Shown here piece after piece: positions 12,531-24,124 of a stretch of DNA of 64,000 nt. Numbering within the stretch: the first letter of the stretch is position 1; each line of letters opens with the position of its first letter. The notes under the pieces are model-generated. The model was not told the origin of the DNA. It saw nothing but the letters and a program-made list of their open reading frames with translations, and ran no database searches. The stretch is from the NCBI RefSeq assembly GCF_006345805.1, contig NW_021833122.1, positions 15,323-79,322 of the forward strand, given 5' to 3'. The position numbers were made by a program, and so were the translations under genes. Source of the stretch: Octopus sinensis (Eukaryota).

Positions 12531-13308
12531 TCTGTAGATTGAAGCCCCATTAGCAGTAAAAGAGTTCAATCTCCTCGTCAACTTTTTAAACATTTTCTGC
12601 ACTGCGCTGCTAGGATTTCCGTTTAGCAACACAATATGCTTTTCAAGGGGTGCATTTCAATATCTTTAAACTTCTTTCAACTTTCGGTGAAAGCAAATAT
12701 TTTGAAAGATGGCAATGAAAGAAGTAATATGAAAAGAAAGACAACACTAGCGTACCGCTGATAATAGTAAACGACGCCACCGCCAGCTCAGCAAAACCAA
12801 GCACTGAGGCGAACATTTTTGACCCTAGCAGAATCAAAACATCTGACTGGTGAACAAGGCATCAAGTGAACAACAACAACAGCAACAACAAGACCATAAA
12901 AAACTAAATATATCTAAACAATGTAAATGAAAGTGAGTAATTAAAATAGAAAATGTTGTAACTAGCGTGAACACCAGTGCCGCCTCCGTCGAAGCCACTA
13001 CCATGGGCTCTACCATAGAGGCTAGAGTGACTACATCCAAAAGAGATAATGGAAAGGGGATTCGTTTTGCGCTCGCTGCAACAAATCGGAAAGGTTTCCT
13101 TCTGGATGATGAGTTACAACGGGCCGGACGATGTGTGGAATAAAAAAGAAAAACATGCAAGGAGTGTAGCCCTCAAACAACCAACCAAGTTGATGGGAGT
13201 AAAATAGCGCCGGGTTTAGAAATGCTACTGAGATTCAGATTCCAAACTTCCTAGGGAGCATGTGGGTGGCTAAAACACACATGAACTCGAGGCTAGATAG
13301 GAAGATAA

Positions 13309-13354
<46 letters not shown>

Positions 13355-13375
13355 GGTTGGATGGGTGGATGGACG

Positions 13376-13425
<50 letters not shown>

Positions 13426-14575
13426 AGAGAGGGATAACTTTCTTTATCGGCCACGCAGGGCTGAATACAAAGGGGACAAGTACATATGTAGAGCTTTTCT
13501 TTTCGAAGAGGGAAAATGAAAAAAGGAACAAAAAAGGAAACAAATGTAAAATTTCGATCAAAAGGGATCGGTGAAAGCGATCAAAAGGGATCGTGTATCA
13601 CAGAAGCACATTTTTTTTAACAGTAAGAAACAATATTAGGTTCAGAATAAAAGTAAAGTTAGTTCTACTGACTGGTGAAACCAGCTTATCTGTTTGCACT
13701 GGTTTCGATAAAGATGATATGGTCATAAAATAATATCGTGAAATATTTTCCACAGACGTAAAGATAGGTGAACAACATTAACTTACCTTAGAAGTTGCCG
13801 TCAAAATATTTCTCTTTTCTTAAATGCGTTCTTAAACTAAGAGGTATTATGAAGTTGCTTTCTTCTCTCTTCTCAGAGTGCTTTGCAATTTAGATGATAA
13901 GTAAATGATGAACTTTACTATTTGCTTCAGTACAATTTTAATAAATCTCTACTTCTACCCATTGATCATCACAATCAAACCAATCTACTGTATTGATACG
14001 GTTGGTGAACGAAAGAGGTATATTTTAAAATCACAATATATTGACAGTTTAATGTATAACAGCTTTCTGTTGCTTTGGATATATAACACTGGATATATTC
14101 GCATTTTAATTATGGTTCAAACCACTTTACAGTATTTATTTTAATACTGAACTATGCGTATGTCTCTCGCCAACGTCACATTTTGAATGCCAGATTTGTC
14201 TTCGATCGGTTAAGTTGTTAATAATATATTTATTTTAATTCGATACATATTGATCTAACTACAAAATTTAAACATGTTAGAAAATGAAATAATCATGAAA
14301 ACGCATTAACAATTATCCAACAGGTTGTAACGAATTGGTCAAATGCATATACAGTGTGTAAATAAATGTTTGGCAATATATTGTTTCCAAGAACTGAAAA
14401 CATTCAGAAGCTTCCTTCTGATGACCAGGTACCATTTACTTTCCTATGAAGGCTGCCTGCTTATCAGAAAGAAGTGAACATCCTGTCTGATGGCGAATCG
14501 TATCATACACAGAAAGGAGCACAGAAATAAGCAGGGAGAGAAAATAGAAAAAGGTTAAGTGGCTAGCGATCTATC

Positions 14576-14595
14576 ATGAAAATATATATACATAT

Positions 14596-14662
<67 letters not shown>

Positions 14663-14739
14663 CATATATATATCTTATATATCTTATATATATATATACA
14701 TATATATAAATCTTATATATCTTATATATATATATATCT

Positions 14740-14771
<32 letters not shown>

Positions 14772-14872
14772 TATATCTTATATATATATATATATCTTAC
14801 ATATATATATATATCTTACATATATATATATATATATAATATATATATATATCTATATATCTTATATATATA

Positions 14873-14965
<93 letters not shown>

Positions 14966-14976
14966 TATATATATAT

Positions 14977-15072
<96 letters not shown>

Positions 15073-15083
15073 ATATAAATGTG

Positions 15084-15126
<43 letters not shown>
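14576..15126. repeat. Long interrupted (TA)n/(TG)n microsatellite
   Basis: Seen directly; much shorter in the right arm (~26,020-26,105). It explains the spurious IYIYI ORFs. Confidence 0.95.
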
Positions 15127-15129
<3 letters not shown>

Positions 15130-15359
15130 GTAGTACCAGAAAAGGAGGAATTTCGATTATCCCCACGTGGTGAGTTGTAATATATATAAGAGATTAAAAA
15201 AGGAAAATACACACACTTTATGTAGTTTTAATATCATTTTCAATATATCGACCAGTTTCTCTTTTGCTATTCATGATTTTATGGTTTACTTATTTGAATA
15301 TGTATTTTCTTAAGAAAAAAGTTTTGTCCATTTGTGTGTGATGATATTTACGAGTGAAT

Positions 15360-17040
15360 GACTTCACAAGTAGAAAAATAAGAGGAGGTAATTGGTTATC
15401 GTTATTATTGGGAGATAGCTGTTCAGCTTTCCGTAAGGGGAGGGGAATATATATGTACCACAAAAATTGGGTTTCGAAAATCTTGTATAGTGAGGGGATT
15501 TATGTACAGTGATGTAATCGTGAATCAAAAGTGAATAAAAGTTGGTTATGCGTGCATATTAAGACAGTGTTCGGTATTTTCAATGAAAACAGTTTCTTTT
15601 TGTAAACGTTCTCATGGAGAGATTGTGTCTTTGCACTGGTAGAAGGGGGAGGCTGTGAAATTTGTTTGATGTTATCTGCACATTTTTCTATATGTTCAGT
15701 GAGAGGAATTTGCCTGTATTGCCTGAAACAGATTTGCTCTTTATGTAGAGTGGTTCATATTCTCATGGTCATGCTCATCTGTTCAATATAGTTGTGTCTG
15801 CAAAAAAAAAAAACAATTAATGAAGACCCATTAATGAAGAGGCAATAATGGTTACACACGATGTTATCAATCTTTTCACCATCCCACATGACTATGGAAT
15901 AAAAGCAATTAAATTCAGGTTGGAAAAGTGCCCCGAAGTACTTCCTGAACGCATAAATCAGATCTTTACAATTTATAATTCAGAACAATTAGTTCCTATT
16001 TGATGACTTAGACTATCGTCAAAGTTGCGGAATTGTGATGGGAGCGAAAGCATCCCTGTTCTTGCAAACCCTATAATGGGTTATTTTGAATTTACTTTAT
16101 GTGAAGTATCACTTCAGAAATATGGTTACCCATTTTACTTTTACGTAAGAGAAAGTTCGAAAAGATACGTGGAAGACTGTTTTATCATTTGGAAGGAGAA
16201 CATCGACAAACTTTTGAATTTCAAATCAACACTAAATGATATAAATAGTAACATTCAATTCACAATGGAATATAACAAAGAATAGCCCCCATTTTTAGAT
16301 ACCATGATAATAAAAGTCAACAATCAAATCATAACTGACATTTATTATAAACCAACTGACTCAAAACAATATCTCCGCTTTAGCTCTTGCCACCCCGAAA
16401 CACATCAAAATAAATATCCCTTTAAATTTGGCAAAAAAGATTTGCACAATAGTGTCTGAAAGAACAACTCGGGATCTTCGTCTTCAAGGTCTCAAACAAC
16501 GCTTACTGAAAGACAATATCCACCCTCACTTATAGACGAGGGAATTAAACGTGCCAAAACCTAGACATAAAAACACTAAGAACAAAAAAATATCACATTA
16601 CACCTCATCCCAAAACCATTACTATTTATATCAACATACAACCTCATTGTGAGGCGTTCAACACTATTCTGCAAAATCTTCCTTCACTAATAGAGATCCT
16701 AAATTCAACGACATCCTGAAAGCGCACAAATTCATCAAATGCAAAAAGCAACACAAATCGCATCGCTAAAGAGACTAATAACAAATGAGAAGCTTTACAA
16801 AACAACCACGAAACCAACGGTTAAAAGGTGTGGACGCCCAAACTGTAGAACCTGCTCCAACGTACTTGAAGGTTCGGATTTCATTTTCAAACAAGGACAG
16901 AGATTCACAATTAAAACTAGTTTCACTTGTACCTCTGAGAACTTAATTTATGTAATAACCTGCTCAGGTTGCGGACACAACTATATTGGACGGACAGCCG
17001 AGTATGACCTTGAAAAGATGAACGACTCTACATAAAGAGC
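15360..17040 (+). mobile_element. Penelope-like element remnant: RT + GIY-YIG body (15,815-17,040) with its 3' end inverted upstream (15,360-15,801)
   Basis: KRYVEDCFIIW...IQFTMEY (RT) and CGRPNCRTC...NLIYVITCSGCGHNYIGRT (GIY-YIG). The endonuclease C-terminus lies on the opposite strand upstream. Confidence 0.88.
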
Positions 17041-17057
17041 ACTTATGTTATATAATT

Positions 17058-17129
<72 letters not shown>

Positions 17130-17529
17130 TTACATATGTATATATATGTAATTTATAGATGTCAATATTTATCTGTGGGTATCAGATGGACACCTATAAT
17201 GTATATAAGTGTGCGTCTAAGCACATAATAATGCATGGAGCGGTATGTATATGTATACTATTTAAGTATCCATGATTCTACAGGAGTATATATAAATATG
17301 TATATCAGTATGTTTGCATGTATCTATGTGTGTCTATGTATGTATTATGTATGTCTGGATGTATGTATATATCTACTTGCCCTTTTAGTATGTATTCGGA
17401 CACATATAAAAGTATGTTGATTATTATGTGTGTAGTATATATGCACATACAGGGAAGGGTGTATGCGTATGAATGTATAACTGGTTTATATGTGAATATA
17501 TGTATATATATATATATATATAATATATA

Positions 17530-17754
17530 TATATATACTCTTTTACTCTTTTACTTGTTTCAGTCATTTGACTGTGGCCATGCTGAAGCACCACCTTCAG
17601 TCGAGCAATTCGACCCTAGGACTTATTCTTTGTAAGCCTAGTACTTATTCTATCGGTCTCTTTTGCCGAACCGCTAAGTTACGGGGACGTAAAACACCAG
17701 CATCGGTTGTCAAGCGATGTTGGAGGACAAACACAGACACACAAGCACATACAC

Positions 17755-17798
<44 letters not shown>

Positions 17799-17958
17799 GA
17801 CGGGCTTCTTTCAGTTTTCATCTACCAAATCCACTCACAAGACTTTGGTCGGCCCGAGGCTATAGTAGAAGACACTTGCCCAAGGTGTCACGTAGTGGAA
17901 CTGAACCCTGAACCATGTGGTCGGTAAACAAGCTACTTACCACACAGCCACTCCTACG

Positions 17959-17962
<4 letters not shown>
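17530..17962 (-). mobile_element. Abundant tRNA-derived SINE, full length; left arm only
   Basis: Head GGCGTAGGAGTGGCTGTGTGGTAAG...GGGTTCAGTTCC on the minus strand; same body as 4,963-5,345. Confidence 0.88.
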
Positions 17963-18007
<45 letters not shown>

Positions 18008-18029
18008 ATATATATATAATATATATAAT

Positions 18030-18445
18030 CCACCTGGATTACTGCTCACAGCTATGGTCACCCACCAGTGTGAAATTAACAGCGGACCTTGAAGCAATCC
18101 AGAGAAGATTCACAAAGAAGATCGTCTCTTTGCAACAGCTCAGCTACTGGGAAAGATTGAAACAGCTAAGACTCTACTCCCTGGGGAGAAGACGGGAGAG
18201 GTAGAACGGGACGACACTGCATATTGCCAAAGTTCCCAGCGATGCCATTACGCTTCACGACCAGCTTCTGCAAGAGCCTGGGTTTCAAGGGCCCACAGCT
18301 TTTTAATTTAAGGACTTGCACAAAGTAGATGTAGCGTTTTTTAAATCAAAGCTGGACATCTTCCTGTCAAGAGTCTCAGATGAACCTACCTCACGACAAG
18401 AGGTGCAAATCAGAGTAGCTATATCAAACTCCATTCTTCACCAAG
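18030..18445 (+). mobile_element. CR1/L2-group LINE 3' fragment; left arm only
   Basis: HLDYCSQLWSP...LEAIQRRFTKKI..L..LSYWERLKQLRLYSLGRRRER, followed by FKSKLDIFL. Confidence 0.8.
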
Positions 18446-18624
18446 TGCCACATATTTGAGGAGGTTCTTCGTAATAACAGTGTAGCACAAAACGGCAGTG
18501 CATCAGCATGGCCGCAGCTCTGAGCTGAAACAAGAAAGAAAGTATATATATATACATATATATATAACATATATGTATGTATGTACGTATGTATGTATCT
18601 ATCTATGTATGTATCTATGTATGT

Positions 18625-18900
18625 ATGTATGACAGCTGCATCCTCGTTACACGAGGAAAGCCGTTGCCAAGAAGAATTGCTGAATGATTCATGATTGTTG
18701 CCATGCAATACCCTTATAGGATTTTGAAGCCCGGCCACTCCTTTATTACATAATAGAGAATTGTGCTGGCTGGCAGGAATAACAGGTGCCACCATATGCA
18801 CTCTCTAACATGTCTTTTAGATCTCCAACTGAGAGGCATACCCTTCCGCGTTTTACAGACTTTCTGTTAGGAATTTTAATTGTAGTCAACGCCCATTCAA
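18625..18900 (-). mobile_element. Degenerate two-C2H2-finger sequence with (CATA)n tail, probably a LINE (RTE-type) 3' end
   Basis: Inverted homologue of 23,150-23,725. C-x2-C...GL..H..x.H pattern, with an abrupt transition into a tetranucleotide tail. Confidence 0.5.
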
Positions 18901-19114
18901 CTACGTGTGTTTCTATGTGTTTATAGCATATATTGCATTTTAAGCTTTCTGTGTGTATGGTAAATGCTGCATTTCAGCATATGTATGTACATACTCTATA
19001 CTGTGTTTGTAAATTGTATATATATATATATATGTATATATATGTATATATATATATATATATATCTATATATATGTATATATATATATATTATATATAT
19101 ATATTATATATATA

Positions 19115-19189
<75 letters not shown>

Positions 19190-19814
19190 GTATATATATA
19201 TGCATATATATATATATATGCATATATATATATATGCATATATATATATATAATATGCATATATATATATATATATATGCATATATATATATATATATAT
19301 ATATGCATATATAATATGCATATATATATATATAATATATATATAACTGGAACCACGTAGTTTCTGGAATCAAAGAGAAATCAGGCATGCACAGACTAGA
19401 TTAATGAATGGTAGATAAATGAATAATTAATTAACAGCGATCTCAGTCTTGTTTAATAAATTTTGAACACATGGAATGAGGAGTTTTTTTAGGTATTAAG
19501 AAAGCAATAACGGGTTTGTTATATATGCAACGCATAGACACACATACAAATGAATATAGACATATAGATAACTATATGCAAAAACATGCAAAATACATGT
19601 ACATAAACACACACACAACATATAAATACATATACATATATATATACGTTTACATATTTGTTTTGCAAGATTTTTTATGTGAAATCGTTTATTGAAACAG
19701 ATATTGTTGTATTTCGGAATGGTCATTTTGCCAGTTTAGCCAATAAAAACACACGCACTATATATTTAGTGTTACTTTGCTTCAGCGTTATTTATTTTTT
19801 ACATTAATCTTAAT

Positions 19815-20960
19815 CTTATTTCGGCCAGAATTATTTCGTCACACTCCTGTGACCGCATCAGTAGTCCTTTGCTTTCTTCTTTCTTATTTGTGTGTCTCTG
19901 GAGAGGCTTATATTCAATCCCTACAAAAACAATATCGAAACCCTGATAACAGTAGCCCAAACGATAGCTTAAATCTAACCAAGCACAGACACACTAGAAT
20001 CAACCATGAATTAAAGAAAACTTATAAAAGACAAATTGAATAACTACCGCCACAAAATTTAATTTTCGCTCCAAGCACCCAAAACAAACAGACCTAACCG
20101 AAAATATAAAACCATGACGTCATTTGGTATAACCCAATCTGGAACATCTCATCCAATATCGCGAAACAATTTCTGACCACTCTGATCGCTGCTTCCCTAA
20201 AAATGGAGTGTACAGCAAAATATTTAACCGTCATCCTATAAAACTATCCTATGCAAATTCATCAAACTTAAAGCACCATGTCCATAGGATTAACAGCGGT
20301 AAACTGAGACGGAGGGTAGTTAGCACTCAAAATAACCTTCTTGACATTAACCATAACTCATACGACTAACGTAAAAACAACGTTTATACTACCAATCAAC
20401 AGAACAATACTTAATTTTCCAAGATAACCATCTTAAAAACAATACAAGCAACAAATCAAATAAGTAACTGAGAACACCTAATGATAATAAAATGATTATA
20501 GTAACACCAAAATACCGAACAGCACCAATCACTCCCGCGCTCGATGTGCACAAACCACCAAAATCAAGCCGTTATTCTCATGCAGAGATAAATTCAATTG
20601 CCCTTTGGATAACCAATATATGACTAAGAACGGCGTATATAAGTGCACTATAAACATTCGAAGAGGCCCCTACATATATATGGGGTAGCAGCTGAGTTTT
20701 TCAAAAGTCGATACCGCAAATACATGGCCAGATTTCGAAATATCCTCAAACGACATGTAACTGGCCGATTTTATCATAACTGGCCGATTTTAACATAACT
20801 GGCCGATTTTATCTGGCAATTTAAGGAAGCAAAGACAACCATACATGATCCATAGTTAGACATGCGAGTCCCTACAACATTATATCCCGCAAATGCCAAT
20901 TATGCTCCGAGGTGTCACTCTCGATAATGTTGACAAAGGCGCGTATTATAAATAAAGTCA
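19815..20960 (+). mobile_element. Penelope-like element remnant (second subfamily; RT thumb + GIY-YIG)
   Basis: Frameshifted VIWYNP...KIFNRHPIKLSY and CRDKFNCPLDNQ...VYKC...FFKSRYRKYMARF motifs. Confidence 0.7.
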
Positions 20961-21199
20961 CTCAACATTTACCCGGATGCCTACACGTAGCTAAACACAC
21001 ATTTATACACTACAATCAAGATAATACATAACTTGATATATACATGGTAGCACATTATTTTATGCACATGAACTAGAGGAACCATATTTGAATACCCTGT
21101 ATTTGACATATGATCATGCCATCTAGATCTATCCATGTACATATATGTATAAGTGTATATGTATGCATGAAAAACAAAAATATATATAATGTATATGTA

Positions 21200-21241
<42 letters not shown>

Positions 21242-21509
21242 TTATTTTCTTTGCTCGACTGCAGCCAGTGTCTTATTTCTATTTTTCGGAGTTTTTAAAG
21301 TGCTATTAGCGTCTTTTCGCTTCTACTTTCTATAGCGTGGACGGATTATAGCCAATCCCTTGTTTAACATTTGTAAAGTTTACCCATCAAAATTATATTT
21401 CCGTGGTAAAATCATTAATCATTTTTACATTTTAGTATTATAATATATATATATAGGCATACATTCAAATAAATACGCAAATGTTTATGCATATATATAT
21501 ATATGTGTA

Positions 21510-21548
<39 letters not shown>

Positions 21549-21569
21549 TACATATATATATACATATAT

Positions 21570-21876
21570 CGCCGTCATCACCGTGACCGACCAGGCTATC
21601 AGATGTTACTACACATCGCTTGTCACATTGCGCTTCACATTGTTTTAGCCTTCAAATTACGCCACCCCACTGGCTAAGCGAGTAGGCCAACAGATGCAAG
21701 AGTTAGAGAAAGTTGTGGCGAAAGACTACAGCAGGGTTCACCCACTCCTTGCCGGAGCCTCGTAGAGCTTTATGCGTTTTCGCTCAATAAACGCTCACAA
21801 GGCCCGGTCTGGGAATCGAAACCTCGATCTTACAACCGCGAGTCCGCTGCCCTAACCACTGGGCCATTGCACCTCC
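21570..21876 (-). mobile_element. tRNA-derived SINE (head related to 1,776-2,062)
   Basis: Minus strand GGAGGTGCAATGGCCCAGTGGTTAGGGCAGCGG...GGTTTCGATTCCCAG (A and B boxes), then a non-tRNA body. Confidence 0.8.
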
Positions 21877-21974
21877 ACACACACTCACACACACGCACAC
21901 ATATATATATGCACACACATAGATACATACAACTGCTTAATATGAAATACAAACACGGACCCATAAACACACTA

Positions 21975-22260
21975 CACTGAACTCTAAGACCAGTCCAAAA
22001 CCAACGAACCATGACAGACTAGCTCGGAAATAATGAACTATTTTTCCACAAATTATTCGAAATCAGATCATGCCATGCTTTCCCCCTCCCAACGAACCTT
22101 CCACACTATTTCTTAAAATGGTAACTATCCTTGCCAAACACGCATACATGACAGGAGAGGAAGAAAAATGTTTGATTAGTTCCCTAAAATTCTGTATAAA
22201 TATTTCAATATGATTTCTGATGTATTTTTCACTAGGTAATACACGCTTTCGCATATCAAA
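21975..22260 (+). repeat. Old dispersed repeat, possibly a Penelope-like RT fragment; related copy at 42,535-42,740
   Basis: Shared CTCTAAGACCAGTCC..AAAACC..GAACCATGACAG.CTAGCT and CCACACTAT..CTTAAAAT blocks. Confidence 0.55.
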
Positions 22261-22648
22261 TACTATCTACATATGCTTTCTGCACATATAATTATAAACA
22301 ATCATAATTTTTCATTAACTTAGTAATAATTATGAATTTATTTCACTGCCTATTTTGGACACTTTTATGCGGACTGTTTAACCACAAAGCCCTGCCTGAC
22401 ACTTTCTTGTCATAGTCAAAGACTATCACTGTGTTTTAATACATCAATATTAACTATTTTTAACACTGCAAAGGCTACACAAAGCCTTACACTTCACTTT
22501 TGAAAGTCTTTTTTAAAAACATTTGAAACCAGTCAAGATAATAAACATATTTAAAAGACCTCTGCATTTTAAATACTCCTCCCTATATATTATCACTCCT
22601 GCGGTACCTTCAAACCTTACTTTGTTATGTATATATATACATATATAT

Positions 22649-22702
<54 letters not shown>

Positions 22703-23024
22703 ATATATATACATACATACATATATACATATATATATATATACATACATACATATATATATACACATTATATACACACACACACATATATACACATTTA
22801 TATACACACACACACACATATATATATATAAATTAGAAAAAAACACTATGTAATTCAAACAATGATAGACATGAACAAATCATAAAGAAAAAATAAAATA
22901 TAGAACTAGATCACAAAAAGTAAAATGAATAAACAATAACAATATATACAATATATAAAATATATGCAATATATAATAACTAAAAATATTTTTTATTATT
23001 ATTATTATTACTATTGTTATCATC

Positions 23025-23055
<31 letters not shown>

Positions 23056-23149
23056 CATATTGTATATACACAATATACAATATGTACATACACATACTGA
23101 AATACAGTACTTAAAATGCAATATATGCAATAAACACACACAAACATAC

Positions 23150-23725
23150 GTAGTTGAATGGCCGTTGACTACTATTAGAATTCCTAACAGAAATTGTGTA
23201 AAATGCGGAAGGGTATGCCTCTCATTTGGAGGTCTAAAAAGCATGTTAAGAGAGTGCATATTGTGCCACCTGTTTTTCCTGTCAGCCAGGACAACAGTTG
23301 TCTAGTAAGTAATAAAATGTGTAAAAGCTTGGCCGGGCTTAAAAGTTATGTAAGGGCATCACATAACAACACTCATGAATCATTCAATGACCTTTCTTGG
23401 CAATGACTTTTCTCGTGTAAGGAGGATGAAGCTGTGTGATATATATATATATATATTAAAATTCATAACAGAACATGTGTAGAATGTGATGTGGAAGGGT
23501 GTGCTTTTCAGTTAGAGGTCTACTAATACATGTTAAGACAGTGCATAGGGTGGCACCTAATTTTCCTGCACACCAGCACGATTATCTATTATGTAATAAA
23601 ATGTGTAAAAGCTTCGCCGGGCTTCAAAATCATATAAGGGTATTGCATGATAACAAACATGAATTATTTCAGAAATTCTTCTTGGCAATGGTTTTTCTCG
23701 TGTAACGAGGATGCAGGTGTCATAC
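23150..23725 (+). mobile_element. Two tandem degenerate copies of the two-C2H2-finger LINE-like 3' end (23,150-23,440; 23,480-23,725)
   Basis: CVKCGRVCLSFGGLK/KHVKRVH...CLVSNKMCKSLAGLKSYVRASH and ...GLLIHVKTVH...LLCNKMCKSFAGLQNHIRVLH. Confidence 0.5.
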
Positions 23726-24053
23726 ATACATACATACAGACAGACAGACAGACAGACAGACATAATACATACAGAGGCACACTTAGATACATGCAAACGT
23801 ACTGACATACATACATAAGTATATAGACTGCTGTAGAAACATGGAAACTTAAATAGTATACATATACATAACGCTCGATGCATAATTATGTGCTTAGACA
23901 CATACTTATATACATTATAAGCGTCCATCAGATACCTACAAATACTAACATGTCTGAATTTCATATATATATATATATGGCTAAGTATATATCTATATAT
24001 ATGTGTGTGTGGTGTGTGTGTGTGTGTAAGTATATATATATATATATATATGT

Positions 24054-24105
<52 letters not shown>

Positions 24106-24124
24106 CAGAAATTATATAACGGAT

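Larger units (their letters stand above)
1..19020. repeat. Left arm of a large inverted segmental duplication (partner ~23,050-41,750)
   Basis: ORFs pair on opposite strands with constant coordinate sums (229+41469, 695+41003, 1868+39830 = 41,698; 8807+34643, 9110+34340 = 43,450; 13160+27518 = 40,678; 16739+24428 = 41,167). Direct reading extends homology inward to ~19,020/23,050. Confidence 0.95.

Noticed and set aside
13556-13594. GATCAAAAGGGATCG direct repeat as tandem TCF/LEF sites
   Set aside because: It has an extra A relative to the WWCAAAG consensus; a simple short duplication explains it.
14415-14470. CTGATGA-containing 15-bp inverted repeat (mirror 26,217-26,271) as a hammerhead ribozyme
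   Set aside because: There is no GAAA directly after a stem II and no stem I/III closure; it is only a short imperfect inverted repeat.
14576-15212. Many ORFs rich in IYIYI, THTHT, VCVCV or poly-I/L/Y here and throughout the window
   Set aside because: Translations of (TA)n, (CA)n and trinucleotide microsatellites, not genes.
19020-23050. Whole palindrome as a fold-back read chimera
   Set aside because: A 4-kb asymmetric spacer, ~80% identity at the inner ends and arm-specific insertions do not fit. Collapse of individual identical tracts remains possible.
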